The position numbers were made by a program, and so were the translations under genes. This document shows, one piece after another, positions 19,262 through 28,155 of a stretch of DNA of 32,000 nt. The notes under the pieces were generated by a model. That model was not told the DNA's origin. It made no database searches and saw only the letters and a program-made list of their open reading frames with translations. The DNA lies in assembly GCF_045290265.1 (NCBI RefSeq), contig NZ_CP142925.1, one strand, 5' to 3'. The stretch comes from Escherichia coli (GTDB taxonomy: Bacteria; Pseudomonadota; Gammaproteobacteria; Enterobacterales; Enterobacteriaceae). How positions within the stretch are numbered: position 1 is the first letter of the stretch; each line of letters opens with the position of its first letter.

Positions 19262-19540
19262 ATGTCCACGCTTAATACGCGTAAAGATAGGGATCGTAAT
19301 GGTAAAGCGAAGCCACATAATCATTCAGGGATCCCAACACTTACAGGTAAATGGCGTCACCCTTCAATGGATTGTTGGGTAAACTACAGTACACCGGGCG
19401 ATCATGAATGGAAGCGGCTCTATACTACGCTTCGCCGTCGCGCAGATGATCGACGCCAATGTCATCGGGTAATGCAGGGGGATGATCCAGAAGGAATCGT
19501 CTGGTTCCCGGACTGTTATCCACAAATTTACTACTACTAA
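19262..19540 (+). CDS. Small uncharacterised protein
   Basis: 92-aa ORF MSTLNTRKDRDRNGKAKPHNHSGIPTLTGKW... with SD AGGAG 7-8 nt upstream. Confidence 0.45.
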   Translation: MSTLNTRKDRDRNGKAKPHNHSGIPTLTGKWRHPSMDCWVNYSTPGDHEWKRLYTTLRRRADDRRQCHRVMQGDDPEGIVWFPDCYPQIYYY

Positions 19541-19548
19541 CAATTAAA

Positions 19549-19575
19549 GACCGGTTGGTGCGGCACTGACCGGTC
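19549..19575 (+). terminator. Putative hairpin (possible weak terminator) after the 19262 ORF
   Basis: GACCGGT(TGGTGCGGCACTG)ACCGGTC inverted repeat 9 nt after the stop codon; no clear U-tract. Confidence 0.3.
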
Positions 19576-19680
19576 AGTTATGAATGGTAGATTTCACCTT
19601 AAACCCTGGTGCGGTAAAGCTGCTGACTTTTTCGGGTACACCATCCTGATGAAGCAAATGAACACCCAATCAAAAAAATA

Positions 19681-20185
19681 TTCTTGAATATAAAATATTT
19701 ATAGCACCCATAATTCATCCTTATTATTTGTTGTTTCTTTTCTGTAGATGTGTCCCCGCTTAATTAAAAGTAATAAACCATCCTGGGTTATTACTAAACC
19801 ATTTTTGAGTAACAATTGAAATAACTGCAACTGTTACATTATCTTTGGATGCCGTCTCGCAAAAACAAAACGACATGCAAAAATCCGCTTTTTTTAAATG
19901 ATTTTTCGGCGTAATTTTCGCACATACATTAATGAGTAATATATGTAAGGTGGTGGTAATGGCGATGAATACGGTTTTTCTTCATTTATCAGAAGAGGCA
20001 ATTAAACGGCTGAATAAGCTTAGGGGCTGGCGTAAGGTTTCACGATCTGCAATTTTACGCGAAGCGGTAGAGCAATATCTGGAACGTCAGCAATTCCCGG
20101 TGCGTAAAGCAAAGGGAGGCAGGCAAAAGGGGGAGGTAGTTGGTGTTGATGATCAGTGTAAGGAGCATAAGGAATGACAAAAATT
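19681..20185 (+). repeat. Unit 1 of a diverged tandem duplication (leader + RHH antitoxin gene yiiE + toxin-start remnant)
   Basis: Shares TTCTTGAATATAAAA (19681; 20191) and ATAACTGCAACTGTTACAT...CTCGCAAAAA.AAAA...CGCTTT.TTTAAA.GATT (19821..19902 and 20259..20341) with the unit preceding yiiF. Confidence 0.6.
19959..20177 (+). CDS. yiiE: YiiE, ribbon-helix-helix (CopG/MetJ-type) protein
   Basis: Start MAMNTVFLHLSEEAIKRLNKLRGWRKVSRSAILREAVEQYLERQQFP at 19959 gives 72 aa. SD AAGGTGG. Confidence 0.9.
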   Translation: MAMNTVFLHLSEEAIKRLNKLRGWRKVSRSAILREAVEQYLERQQFPVRKAKGGRQKGEVVGVDDQCKEHKE

Positions 20186-20419
20186 TTTCATTCTTGAATA
20201 TAAAAAAACAGATGCCCTTATTCTGGTATTAATACAAGGCTGTTTTACTTGAACTTATAATAACTGCAACTGTTACATCATATCTGGAAAACGCCTCGCA
20301 AAAATAAAAAGTGATGCGTAAATACGCTTTCTTTAAAGATTCGACAAGGGTACTTTTCTCTCCATAGATTCAAAAATGATATGGGCGAGATATTTATGAA
20401 CTCTCTGGCAGGTATAGAT

Positions 20420-20638
20420 ATGGGCAGAATTTTACTCAATTTATCGAATGAGTTGTTTAAGCAACTTGATGATCTCGAGGTGCAGCATAATCTTCCTCGT
20501 GCGGAGCTATTACGGGAAGCGGTAGATCAATACCTGGTAAATCAATCGCAAACAGCAAGAGCCAGTGCTTTTGGCATCTGGCAAGGGAGTGAGGAAGATG
20601 GTGTCCAATACCAGCGTAAGCTGCGCGAGGAATGGTAA
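20420..20638 (+). CDS. yiiF: YiiF, ribbon-helix-helix antitoxin-like protein
   Basis: [42 protein letters not shown]... starting at 20420 (72 aa). Confidence 0.9.
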   Translation: MGRILLNLSNELFKQLDDLEVQHNLPRAELLREAVDQYLVNQSQTARASAFGIWQGSEEDGVQYQRKLREEW

Positions 20639-20726
20639 TGGCAAAAAGATTTGGCTATTTGATATCGATATTGTTATCGATTTGTTCAGTGTGAAAATTG
20701 AGGCAAAACAGGCACTGGCAGCATAG
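20638..20726 (+). pseudogene. Remnant of a VapC-like PIN-domain toxin
   Basis: ATG overlaps the yiiF stop (TAATG). After a 1-nt frameshift in the A5 tract the frame reads KKIWLFDIDIVIDLFSVKIEAKQALAA*, resembling a PIN N-terminus (..WLLDTNIVIDLFSG..EAKQAL..). Confidence 0.7.
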
Positions 20727-20784
20727 CTTGAGGTGGTAACGCGGAATAAGAGAGATGGTGTCGTCACACCCTATGAACTGTAAT

Positions 20785-20806
20785 CCGGGCGACCTGCGCC
20801 ACCCGG
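20785..20806. terminator. REP-like / terminator hairpin between yiiF remnant and fdhE (convergent)
   Basis: CCGGG-CGACCTGCGCCA-CCCGG. Confidence 0.4.
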
Positions 20807-20819
20807 AAAACGTCAGAGA

Positions 20820-21749
20820 TTACTCCCCTTCACCCGGAAACAGGAACGGGTTGATGGAACTACGAGCATAGCCTTCTTGCTCCATTCGCGCGTCCAGTAC
20901 CAGAGAGGCGAGGTCATCTGCCACGGCTTCAACTTTCGGTTCTTTTTCCTGATAAAGAATCTTCAGGTAAGTGCCGCAGTCATCGCAGCTTTCGGCTTTA
21001 ATCGCGGCCTGTTCGTCATCCAGCGACCAGTAATGCAGTTTGCCGCTCTGCTCGCAGTTGCTGCATTTTACGCGCACTACGTGCCATTCGGTTTCACACA
21101 GGTTGCAGTGCAGGTAACGCAGACCCTGAGTGGTGCCAATTTGCACCATGCTGGACACCGGCATAGAGCCACATACCGGGCAATATTGACGTTGTTCGCC
21201 GTATTCAGCGCGGGCTTTGCCGGGGATCAGATTAGCCATCTGCGCCCAGTAGAGCGACAGCGCAGCCCAGATAAACGGCGCTTTATCGCTGCTGACGGAC
21301 GAGAAATCAGAGGCAAACAGTGCGCTGGCCATATCTTCCAGCTCCTGAGTCGATGCCTTCTCCAGATTCTCAATCACTGCCAGCGCCGGGCCGCTCATTT
21401 CAGGTTTCAGCTCAGCAATCAGCGCCATCAGCAGCTTTTGCCAGTGCTTATCACGCGGCAGAACGTGAATATCCAGCGGGGGCTTGCCCTGTGCGCTGGC
21501 TTCTTTAATGCGCGCGGTCAGATCCATCTCCAGCGGATGGTCGTACAGCACCACTTCCTGGGCGTGGGCGATAAGCGCAGCAAAGCGCAGGTAATCACCC
21601 AGCGGATTATTTTCTGCCAGCTCGCGCAGACGCTCGGCGCGGCGGTTGTATAAATTCTTGAGCCGAGGGAACAATAACGGCGGAATCATATCCGCCGTAC
21701 GTTTCTCGCTCGAACCCAGCTCATCTTGCGGGATTATGCGAATACTCAT
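20820..21749 (-). CDS. fdhE: FdhE, formate dehydrogenase accessory protein
   Basis: 309-aa ORF with CPVCG and CxxC zinc-binding motifs ([23 protein letters not shown]). Confidence 0.97.
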   Translation of the reverse strand: MSIRIIPQDELGSSEKRTADMIPPLLFPRLKNLYNRRAERLRELAENNPLGDYLRFAALIAHAQEVVLYDHPLEMDLTARIKEASAQGKPPLDIHVLPRDKHWQKLLMALIAELKPEMSGPALAVIENLEKASTQELEDMASALFASDFSSVSSDKAPFIWAALSLYWAQMANLIPGKARAEYGEQRQYCPVCGSMPVSSMVQIGTTQGLRYLHCNLCETEWHVVRVKCSNCEQSGKLHYWSLDDEQAAIKAESCDDCGTYLKILYQEKEPKVEAVADDLASLVLDARMEQEGYARSSINPFLFPGEGE

Positions 21750-22381
21750 TCAGCTTTCTTTTCCGTTGTCTTGCGGACCTCACGGTACCAGCGCGGGTGA
21801 TGTTTCTTCGCCCAGGCGCTGGTAACCCATCCTTCCACCATGGCGGTAATCGTGCCTTTCACCCAAAGGGCGGCGTAGATATGCACCATGATAACCACAA
21901 TTAACGCCACTGCGGCAAATGAATGCAGCATTAACGCGAATCGGATCACCGGGATTGAGAAAGCAGGCGCAAAATAAGGACGCCAGATAATCACGCCGCT
22001 CACCAGCAGCAGAACCAGGAAAATAATCGCCGCCCAGAAAACGCATTTCTGACCGAAGTTATAACGCCCGGTGTCACCTACTTCCTCGTTGACGACGATC
22101 TTACGAATATTCTTCGCCCAAAAGATATCATCCCGATTGATTAGGTTGTGATGCCAGTAACGGAAAAACATGATGATGAACGAGGCAAACATAACCACGC
22201 CGACAAACGGGTGCAGAATTCGCGCCAGCTGCGGTGTGCCCATGATTTGCATCAACCAGTTGAAGGACGGGAACAAAAAGCCCAGCCCGCTCACCGCCGC
22301 CAGGATGAAGCAGAAGGCGGTGATCCAGTGGTTGATACGTTCCGGCGCGGTGTAGCGCACGATGGTGTCACGTCGTTTCAT
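21746..22381 (-). CDS. fdoI: FdoI, formate dehydrogenase-O cytochrome b556 subunit
   Basis: 211-aa membrane protein; overlaps fdhE and fdoH by 4 nt each. Confidence 0.97.
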
Positions 22382-23280
22382 TTGCGCTCCTCGTCTTTCT
22401 CTTCGTGCAGATTATTCTCTTCCTCATCCGCACGGTTCGGACCGACACCCACGTAGTGGAAGATACTGGCTGCGAAGGTAGCCGCAAAGCCAACAGCTGC
22501 GAGCGGTTTCCAGATGCCTTTCCAGAATTTCACGGTTTCGCTGATTTCCGGGTTCTCCGGCAAGCCATGATACAGATTTGGCTTGTCAGCATGGTGCAGC
22601 ACGTACATAACGTGTGTACCACCAACGCCTGCCGGATCGTACAGACCCGCATTGTCGTAACCGCGAGTTTTCAGCTCCGCCACGCGCTCGCTCGCCAGCG
22701 TTTTCATCGACTCTTTCGTACCGAAGTGAATCGCGCCCGTTGGGCAGGTCTTCACGCAGGCCGGTTCTTGCCCAACCACCACGCGGTCAACGCACAGCGT
22801 ACATTTGTAGACGCGGTTGTCTTCCGGGTTGAGGCGCGGAATGTCGAACGGACAGCCCGCAATGCAATAACCGCAGCCGATGCACTGCTCGGACTGGAAG
22901 TCGACGATACCGTTGGCATACTGAATAATTGCTCCTTCCGCCGGGCACGCTTTCAGGCAGCCTGGATCGGAACAGTGCATACAGCCGTCTTTGCGGATCA
23001 GCCATTCCAGTTTGTCGTTCTGTTCCACTTCCGAGAAGCGCATCACCGTCCACGATTTGGCACTTAAATCATTGGGGTTGTCGTACACCCCAATGTTATT
23101 GCCGACGGTATCGCGAATGTCGTTCCACTCTGAACACGCCACCTGACAGGCTTTACAGCCGATACAGGTGGTGACGTCGATGAGTTTCGCCACTTCTTCC
23201 TGGAAGTCCCGCGCCTGAGGCGCGGGGGTCAGACCGTTAGTCGCGGAACGACGAATGATATCTTGAGATTGATAAGCCAT
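22378..23280 (-). CDS. fdoH: FdoH, formate dehydrogenase-O iron-sulfur subunit
   Basis: 300-aa ORF with four Cys clusters ([55 protein letters not shown]...[10 protein letters not shown]) and a C-terminal transmembrane segment. Confidence 0.98.
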
Positions 23281-23292
23281 ATGTCGTCTCCG

Positions 23293-26200
23293 TTACACCT
23301 TTTCCACATTCACAAGGAAGGACTTAAACTCTGGCGTCTGCGTGTTCGCATCACCAACGAATGGCGTTAACGTATTGGCAATAAAGCCTTTTTTCGCAAC
23401 ACCTTCATAGCCCCAGTGAATCGGAATACCGATGGTATCGATATCTTTGCCGTTCGCTTTCAGCGTGCGAATACGTTTGGTCACCACCGCTTTGGCTTTT
23501 ATATAGCCACGGTTGGAGGAGACTTTCACTGTATCGCCCTGGGCAATGCCAAGTTTATTCGCCAGCGACTCACCGATTTCCACAAACTGCTCTGGTTGCA
23601 AAATCGCGTTCAACAGCGCGTGTTTGGTCCAGTAGTGGAAGTGCTCGGTCAGACGATAGGTGGTTCCGACATACGGGAACTTATCGGCTTTACCCAATGC
23701 TTCGGCGTCGTCTTTAAAGATACGTGCAGCCGGGTTCGAGATAACGTTTGGATGCAGCGGGTTAGTTCCCAGCGGCGTTTCAAACGGCTCGTAGTGTTCC
23801 GGGAACGGACCTTCCGCCATCTTATCGAGGGCAAACAGACGCCCCATGCCTTCCTGCTGCATGATAAACGGCCCAACGCCACTGCCCGGAGGCGCTGCGC
23901 TGTAGTCCGGAATATCCCAGCCGGTCCACTTAGTGCCGTCCCATTTCAGCAACTGACGCTTCGGATCCCACGGGTTACCCTGCGGATCTGCGGAGGCGCG
24001 GTTATACAGAATGCGGCGGTTAAGCGGCCATGCCCATGCCCAGCCCAGCGTGTTACCGAGGCCAGACGGATCGGCGTTATCACGACGCGCCATCTGGTTG
24101 CCCTCTGGCGTCCAGCTACCGGCGAAAATCCAGCAGCCACAGGAGGTGGTACCGTCATCGCGCAGTTGGGCGAACGAGCTAAGTTGTTGGCCTTTCTTGA
24201 CGATAACCGCACCGGTTGCCGGATCGGTAATATCGGCCAGCGCCTTACCGTTGCTCTCCATCGCCACTTCTTCCGACTTCGGCTCATGCGGGATGGCGTA
24301 GTTCCAGGTCATGTTCAGCACCTGGTCCGGGTTCGCGCCACCCTGTTCGGCATACATCTTGCGCAAGCGCAGGAAGATACCGGAGAGGATCTCGCCGTCA
24401 GTCAGCGCAATCCCAGGGGCGTCCGCACCTTTCCAGTGCCACTGCAACCAGCGACCTGAGTTAACGATTGAACCGTTCTCTTCCGCGAAGCAGGTCGATG
24501 GCAGACGGAACACTTCGGTCTGGATCTTCGACGAGTCAACTTCGTTCAGCTCACCGTGGTTCTGCCAGAAGTTAGAGGTTTCAGTGTTCAGCGGGTCGAT
24601 GGTGACGAGGAACTTCAGTTTCGACAGACAACCGATCACTTTGTTTTTGTTCGGGAATGAGGCAACAGGGTTAAAACCCTGGCAGATATAGCCATTGACC
24701 TTGCCTTCTTTCATCATCTCGAAGTATTGCAGGACGTCGTAGCCTTTATCCCACTTCGGCAACCAGTCAAAGCCCCAGCTATTTTCCGCCGTCGCTTTAT
24801 CACCAAAGAAGGCCTTCATCATAGAGACGAAGAATTTCGGGTAGTTGCCCCAGTAGTTTACCTGGCCTTCCAGCAGCGGTTTTGGCGTGTTGGCGGTAAG
24901 GTAGGTTTGCAGATCGGTCTGCTTCTCGCTTGGCAGCGTCATGTAACCCGGCAGGCTCTGCGACAGCAGCCCCAGGTCCGTCAGCCCCTGAATATTGGAG
25001 TGACCGCGCAGGGCGTTAACGCCGCCGCCGGCCATCCCCATATTGCCGAGCAGCAGCTGGATCATCGCCATCGTACGAATGTTTTGCGCACCAACGGAGT
25101 GTTGCGTCCAGCCGAGGGCATACAGGAACGAGGCAGTTTTATCGTGTGCACTGGTTTCGGCGATGTATTCGCAGACTTTCAGGAACGCGTCTTTTGGCGT
25201 ACCACAGATGTTTTCAACCACATCTGGCGTGTAGCGGGAAACGTGCTGTTTCAGCAAGTTCCACACGCAGCGCGGATGTTGCAGCGTGGTATCGCGTTTG
25301 GCGAAGCCGTTTTCGTCCAGTTCGTAAGTCCAGGAGGATTTATCGTACTTGCGTTTTTCCGCGTCGTAGCCGGTGAACAGGCCATCTTCAAAGCCGTAAT
25401 CCTCACGCACGATAAGGCTAGCGTTGGTATAGGCTTCGGTATATTCGCGGTTGAATTTTTCATTGTTCAGCAGGTACAGCAATACGCCTGACAGGAAAGC
25501 AATGTCAGTACCGGAACGAATAGGGGCATAGTAGTCAGCCACCGCCGCCGTACGCGTAAAGCGAGGATCGATCACAATCAGCTTCGCGCCGTTGTGAATT
25601 TTGGCTTCCATCGCCCAGCGGAACCCGACCGGGTGAGCTTCAGCGGCATTACCGCCCATCACCACGACGAGGTTGGCGTTCTTGATGTCGACCCAGTGGT
25701 TGGTCATCGCACCGCGACCAAATGTTGGAGCAAGACTTGCTACCGTTGGTCCGTGTCAGACACGCGCCTGGTTGTCGACCGCGAGCATCCCCAGCGCGCG
25801 GGAGAATTTTTGCGTTAAATAGCCGGTTTCGTTACTCGACGCGGAAGCACAAAGCATCCCGGTGGAGAGCCAGCGGTTAACAGTCACGCCTTCGGCGTTT
25901 TGCGCAATGTAGTTAGCATCGCGGTCTTCTTTCATCAGTTTGGCGATGCGATCAAACGCCTCTTCCCAACTGATTTGCTGCCATTTATCAGAACCTGGCG
26001 CACGGTATTCCGGAAACTTCAGACGGCTTTCGGAGTGGATGAAATCCACCAGGCCAGCGCCTTTCGGACAAAGTGCACCGCGGTTGACCGGGTGATCCGG
26101 ATCGCCTTCGATATGGAAGATAGATGCTTTGGCGTTTTTTGCTCCGTCACCGAGGCTGTACATCAACAGCCCACAGCCTACGGAACAATAGGTGCAGGTA

Positions 26201-26343
26201 TTACGGGTTTCGCGGGTGCGCAGCAGTTTATACTGCCGGGTTTCCGCGAGTGCTACGCTGGGTGCAAAACCCAGTGCCGCTGCCGTGGTGCCTGCCATAC
26301 CGCCAGCGCAGATCTTAAAGAACTGCCTTCTGCTGACCTGCAT
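23293..26343 (-). CDS. fdoG: FdoG, formate dehydrogenase-O major subunit, selenoprotein (in-frame UGA = Sec196)
   Basis: ORFs 25756..26343 and 23293..25707 are one frame interrupted only by TGA (25756..25758) in context RV-U-HGPTV. Tat signal MQVSRRQFFKICAGGMAG. Total 1016 residues, matching FdoG. Confidence 0.97.
25716..25758 (-). promoter_or_regulatory. Bacterial SECIS element of fdoG
   Basis: mRNA sense TGACACGGACCAACGGTAGCAAGTCTTGCTCCAACATTTGGTC: outer GACCAA/TTGGTC and upper AGCAA-GTC-TTGCT pairing directly after the UGA. Confidence 0.85.
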
Positions 26344-26536
26344 GGATTGCTCCTTGTTTCGACATTGTCACGTCCCATTTACATTCGCTTGCTGCGTGTG
26401 CAGGGAGTGGGAGTTATTTTTCTTTGCGGAAGGGGCCGCAAAGGTCCAGAATTGGCTCAATTTCCCTCCATCCAGGAAGGGTTTGTAACAGAATACCATA
26501 ATGTTGGTGTGTGTGTTCTTATCTGGTTAAGAGAAA

Positions 26537-27370
26537 GTGAAAAAAACACAGCAAAAAGAAATCGAAAATGTGACAAATGTCACAGGTGTTCGTCAAATTG
26601 AGTTATGGCGGCGTGATGATTTACAACACCCACGGTTAGATGAGGTCGCGGAAGAAGTTCCCGTTGCGCTGGTCTACAACGGCATTTCGCATGTGGTGAT
26701 GATGGCGTCGCCCAAAGACCTTGAGTACTTTGCGCTCGGTTTTTCGCTTTCCGAGGGGATTATCGAAAGTCCGCGCGATATCTTCGGTATGGATGTCGTT
26801 CCTTCCTGTAATGGTCTGGAAGTGCAAATTGAGCTTTCCAGCCGCCGCTTTATGGGGTTGAAGGAGCGCCGCCGGGCGCTGGCGGGACGTACGGGCTGTG
26901 GCGTATGCGGTGTAGAACAGCTTAACGATATCGGTAAACCGGTGCAGCCGCTGCCGTTCACCCAGACGTTTGATCTCAACAAACTGGATGATGCATTACG
27001 TCATCTCAATGATTTCCAGCCAGTGGGGCAACTGACTGGTTGTACTCACGCCGCTGCATGGATGTTGCCATCTGGCGAACTGGTCGGCGGGCATGAAGAC
27101 GTGGGTCGCCATGTGGCGCTGGACAAACTGTTAGGCCGCCGGTCACAAGAAGGGGAAAGCTGGCAGCAAGGTGCGGTACTGGTTTCCAGCCGTGCCAGTT
27201 ATGAAATGGTGCAAAAGTCGGCGATGTGCGGCGTAGAGATTTTGTTTGCGGTGTCTGCCGCGACCACGCTTGCTGTAGAAGTGGCTGAGCGCTGTAATCT
27301 GACACTGGTAGGTTTTTGTAAACCGGGTCGGGCAACGGTTTATACCCATCCGCAGCGTTTGAGCAATTAA
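26537..27370 (+). CDS. fdhD: FdhD, formate dehydrogenase sulfurtransferase
   Basis: 277-aa ORF with [13 protein letters not shown] motif; divergent from fdoG. Confidence 0.97.
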   Translation: MKKTQQKEIENVTNVTGVRQIELWRRDDLQHPRLDEVAEEVPVALVYNGISHVVMMASPKDLEYFALGFSLSEGIIESPRDIFGMDVVPSCNGLEVQIELSSRRFMGLKERRRALAGRTGCGVCGVEQLNDIGKPVQPLPFTQTFDLNKLDDALRHLNDFQPVGQLTGCTHAAAWMLPSGELVGGHEDVGRHVALDKLLGRRSQEGESWQQGAVLVSSRASYEMVQKSAMCGVEILFAVSAATTLAVEVAERCNLTLVGFCKPGRATVYTHPQRLSN

Positions 27371-27374
27371 TTAA

Positions 27375-27413
27375 AATAAGTCCTGCGATATATATTAAAT
27401 TGCAGGACTTATT
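27375..27413 (+). terminator. Terminator hairpin downstream of fdhD
   Basis: AATAAGTCCTGC...GCAGGACTTATT, 12-bp perfect arms, starting 5 nt after the fdhD stop. Confidence 0.8.
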
Positions 27414-27419
27414 CATTTC

Positions 27420-28100
27420 GTGAATTTTATTATTTTATTTATAAACAAAGCGCGTGTAGTGGCGTTAACGCCTGCGCTGCAACCTATTGATGGCGTGGCG
27501 GTAAGTTATATTGATACTGCCGTGGCGTTGGGTAATACCATTAACGAAATGGATAAATATTACACCCAGGAAAATTATAAAGACGATGCGTTTGCGAAAG
27601 GGAAAACGCTGCACCAGACATTCTTAAAAAATCTTGAAGCCTTTGAACCTGTAGCAGAATCTTATCATGCGGCGATTCAGGAAATTAACGATAAGCGCCA
27701 GCTTGCGGAACTGAAAAATATTGAACAAAGAGAAGGGAAAACATTCCACTACTACTCTCTGGCAGTCATGATTTCAGCGAAACAAATTAATAACCTGATT
27801 TCGCAAGAGAAGTTTGATGTTGATGCGGCAATGAAGAAAGTCTCTGAACTGGAAACGCTGGTGGCGCAGGCCAAAGAAGCGGATAAAGGCGGTATGAATT
27901 TCTCGTTCATTAATTCGGCAGACCAGTATCAACTCGAGGCTAAAAAATATGTTCGCCGCGTCAGAGATAAAGTTCCGTACTCTGACTGGGATAAAGAGCA
28001 ACTTCAGGATGCAAACACAAGCTGGATGGTCGACGACTCATTTCCGCGAGCGTTACGCGAGTACAACGAAATGGTCGATGACTATAATAGCCTGCGTTAA
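27420..28100 (+). pseudogene. yiiG: 5'-truncated yiiG (DUF3829-type lipoprotein) lacking signal peptide and N-terminal region
   Basis: 226-codon frame (GTG start) reads NKARVVALTPALQPIDGVAVSYIDTAVALGNTINEMDKYYTQENYKDD..., which I recognise as the C-terminal part of YiiG. No lipobox or signal peptide is encoded between the fdhD terminator and this frame. Confidence 0.7.
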
Positions 28101-28128
28101 ACGTTTTTGATTTTGGTGATAAATGCAG

Positions 28129-28151
28129 TGTCGGATGCGGCGCATCCGACA
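28129..28151. repeat. REP-like palindromic element
   Basis: TGTCGGATGCG-G-CGCATCCGACA between the convergent yiiG remnant and frvR. Confidence 0.75.
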
Positions 28152-28155
28152 CAGT

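Larger units (their letters stand above)
20191..20726 (+). repeat. Unit 2 of the diverged tandem duplication (leader + yiiF + PIN-toxin remnant)
   Basis: See unit 1: same leader blocks followed by an RHH gene and an overlapping toxin start. Confidence 0.6.

Noticed and set aside
20877-21653. 258-aa plus-strand ORF opposite fdhE (and similar frames 22405..23067, 23416..24459, 24727..25491 opposite fdoH/fdoG)
   Set aside because: Low-complexity-like shadow ORFs antisense to strongly conserved core genes; composition is typical of complement frames.
25707-25756. In-frame stop splitting fdoG into two ORFs, possible pseudogene
   Set aside because: The stop is a UGA at the known selenocysteine site with a SECIS hairpin, so this is a single functional gene.
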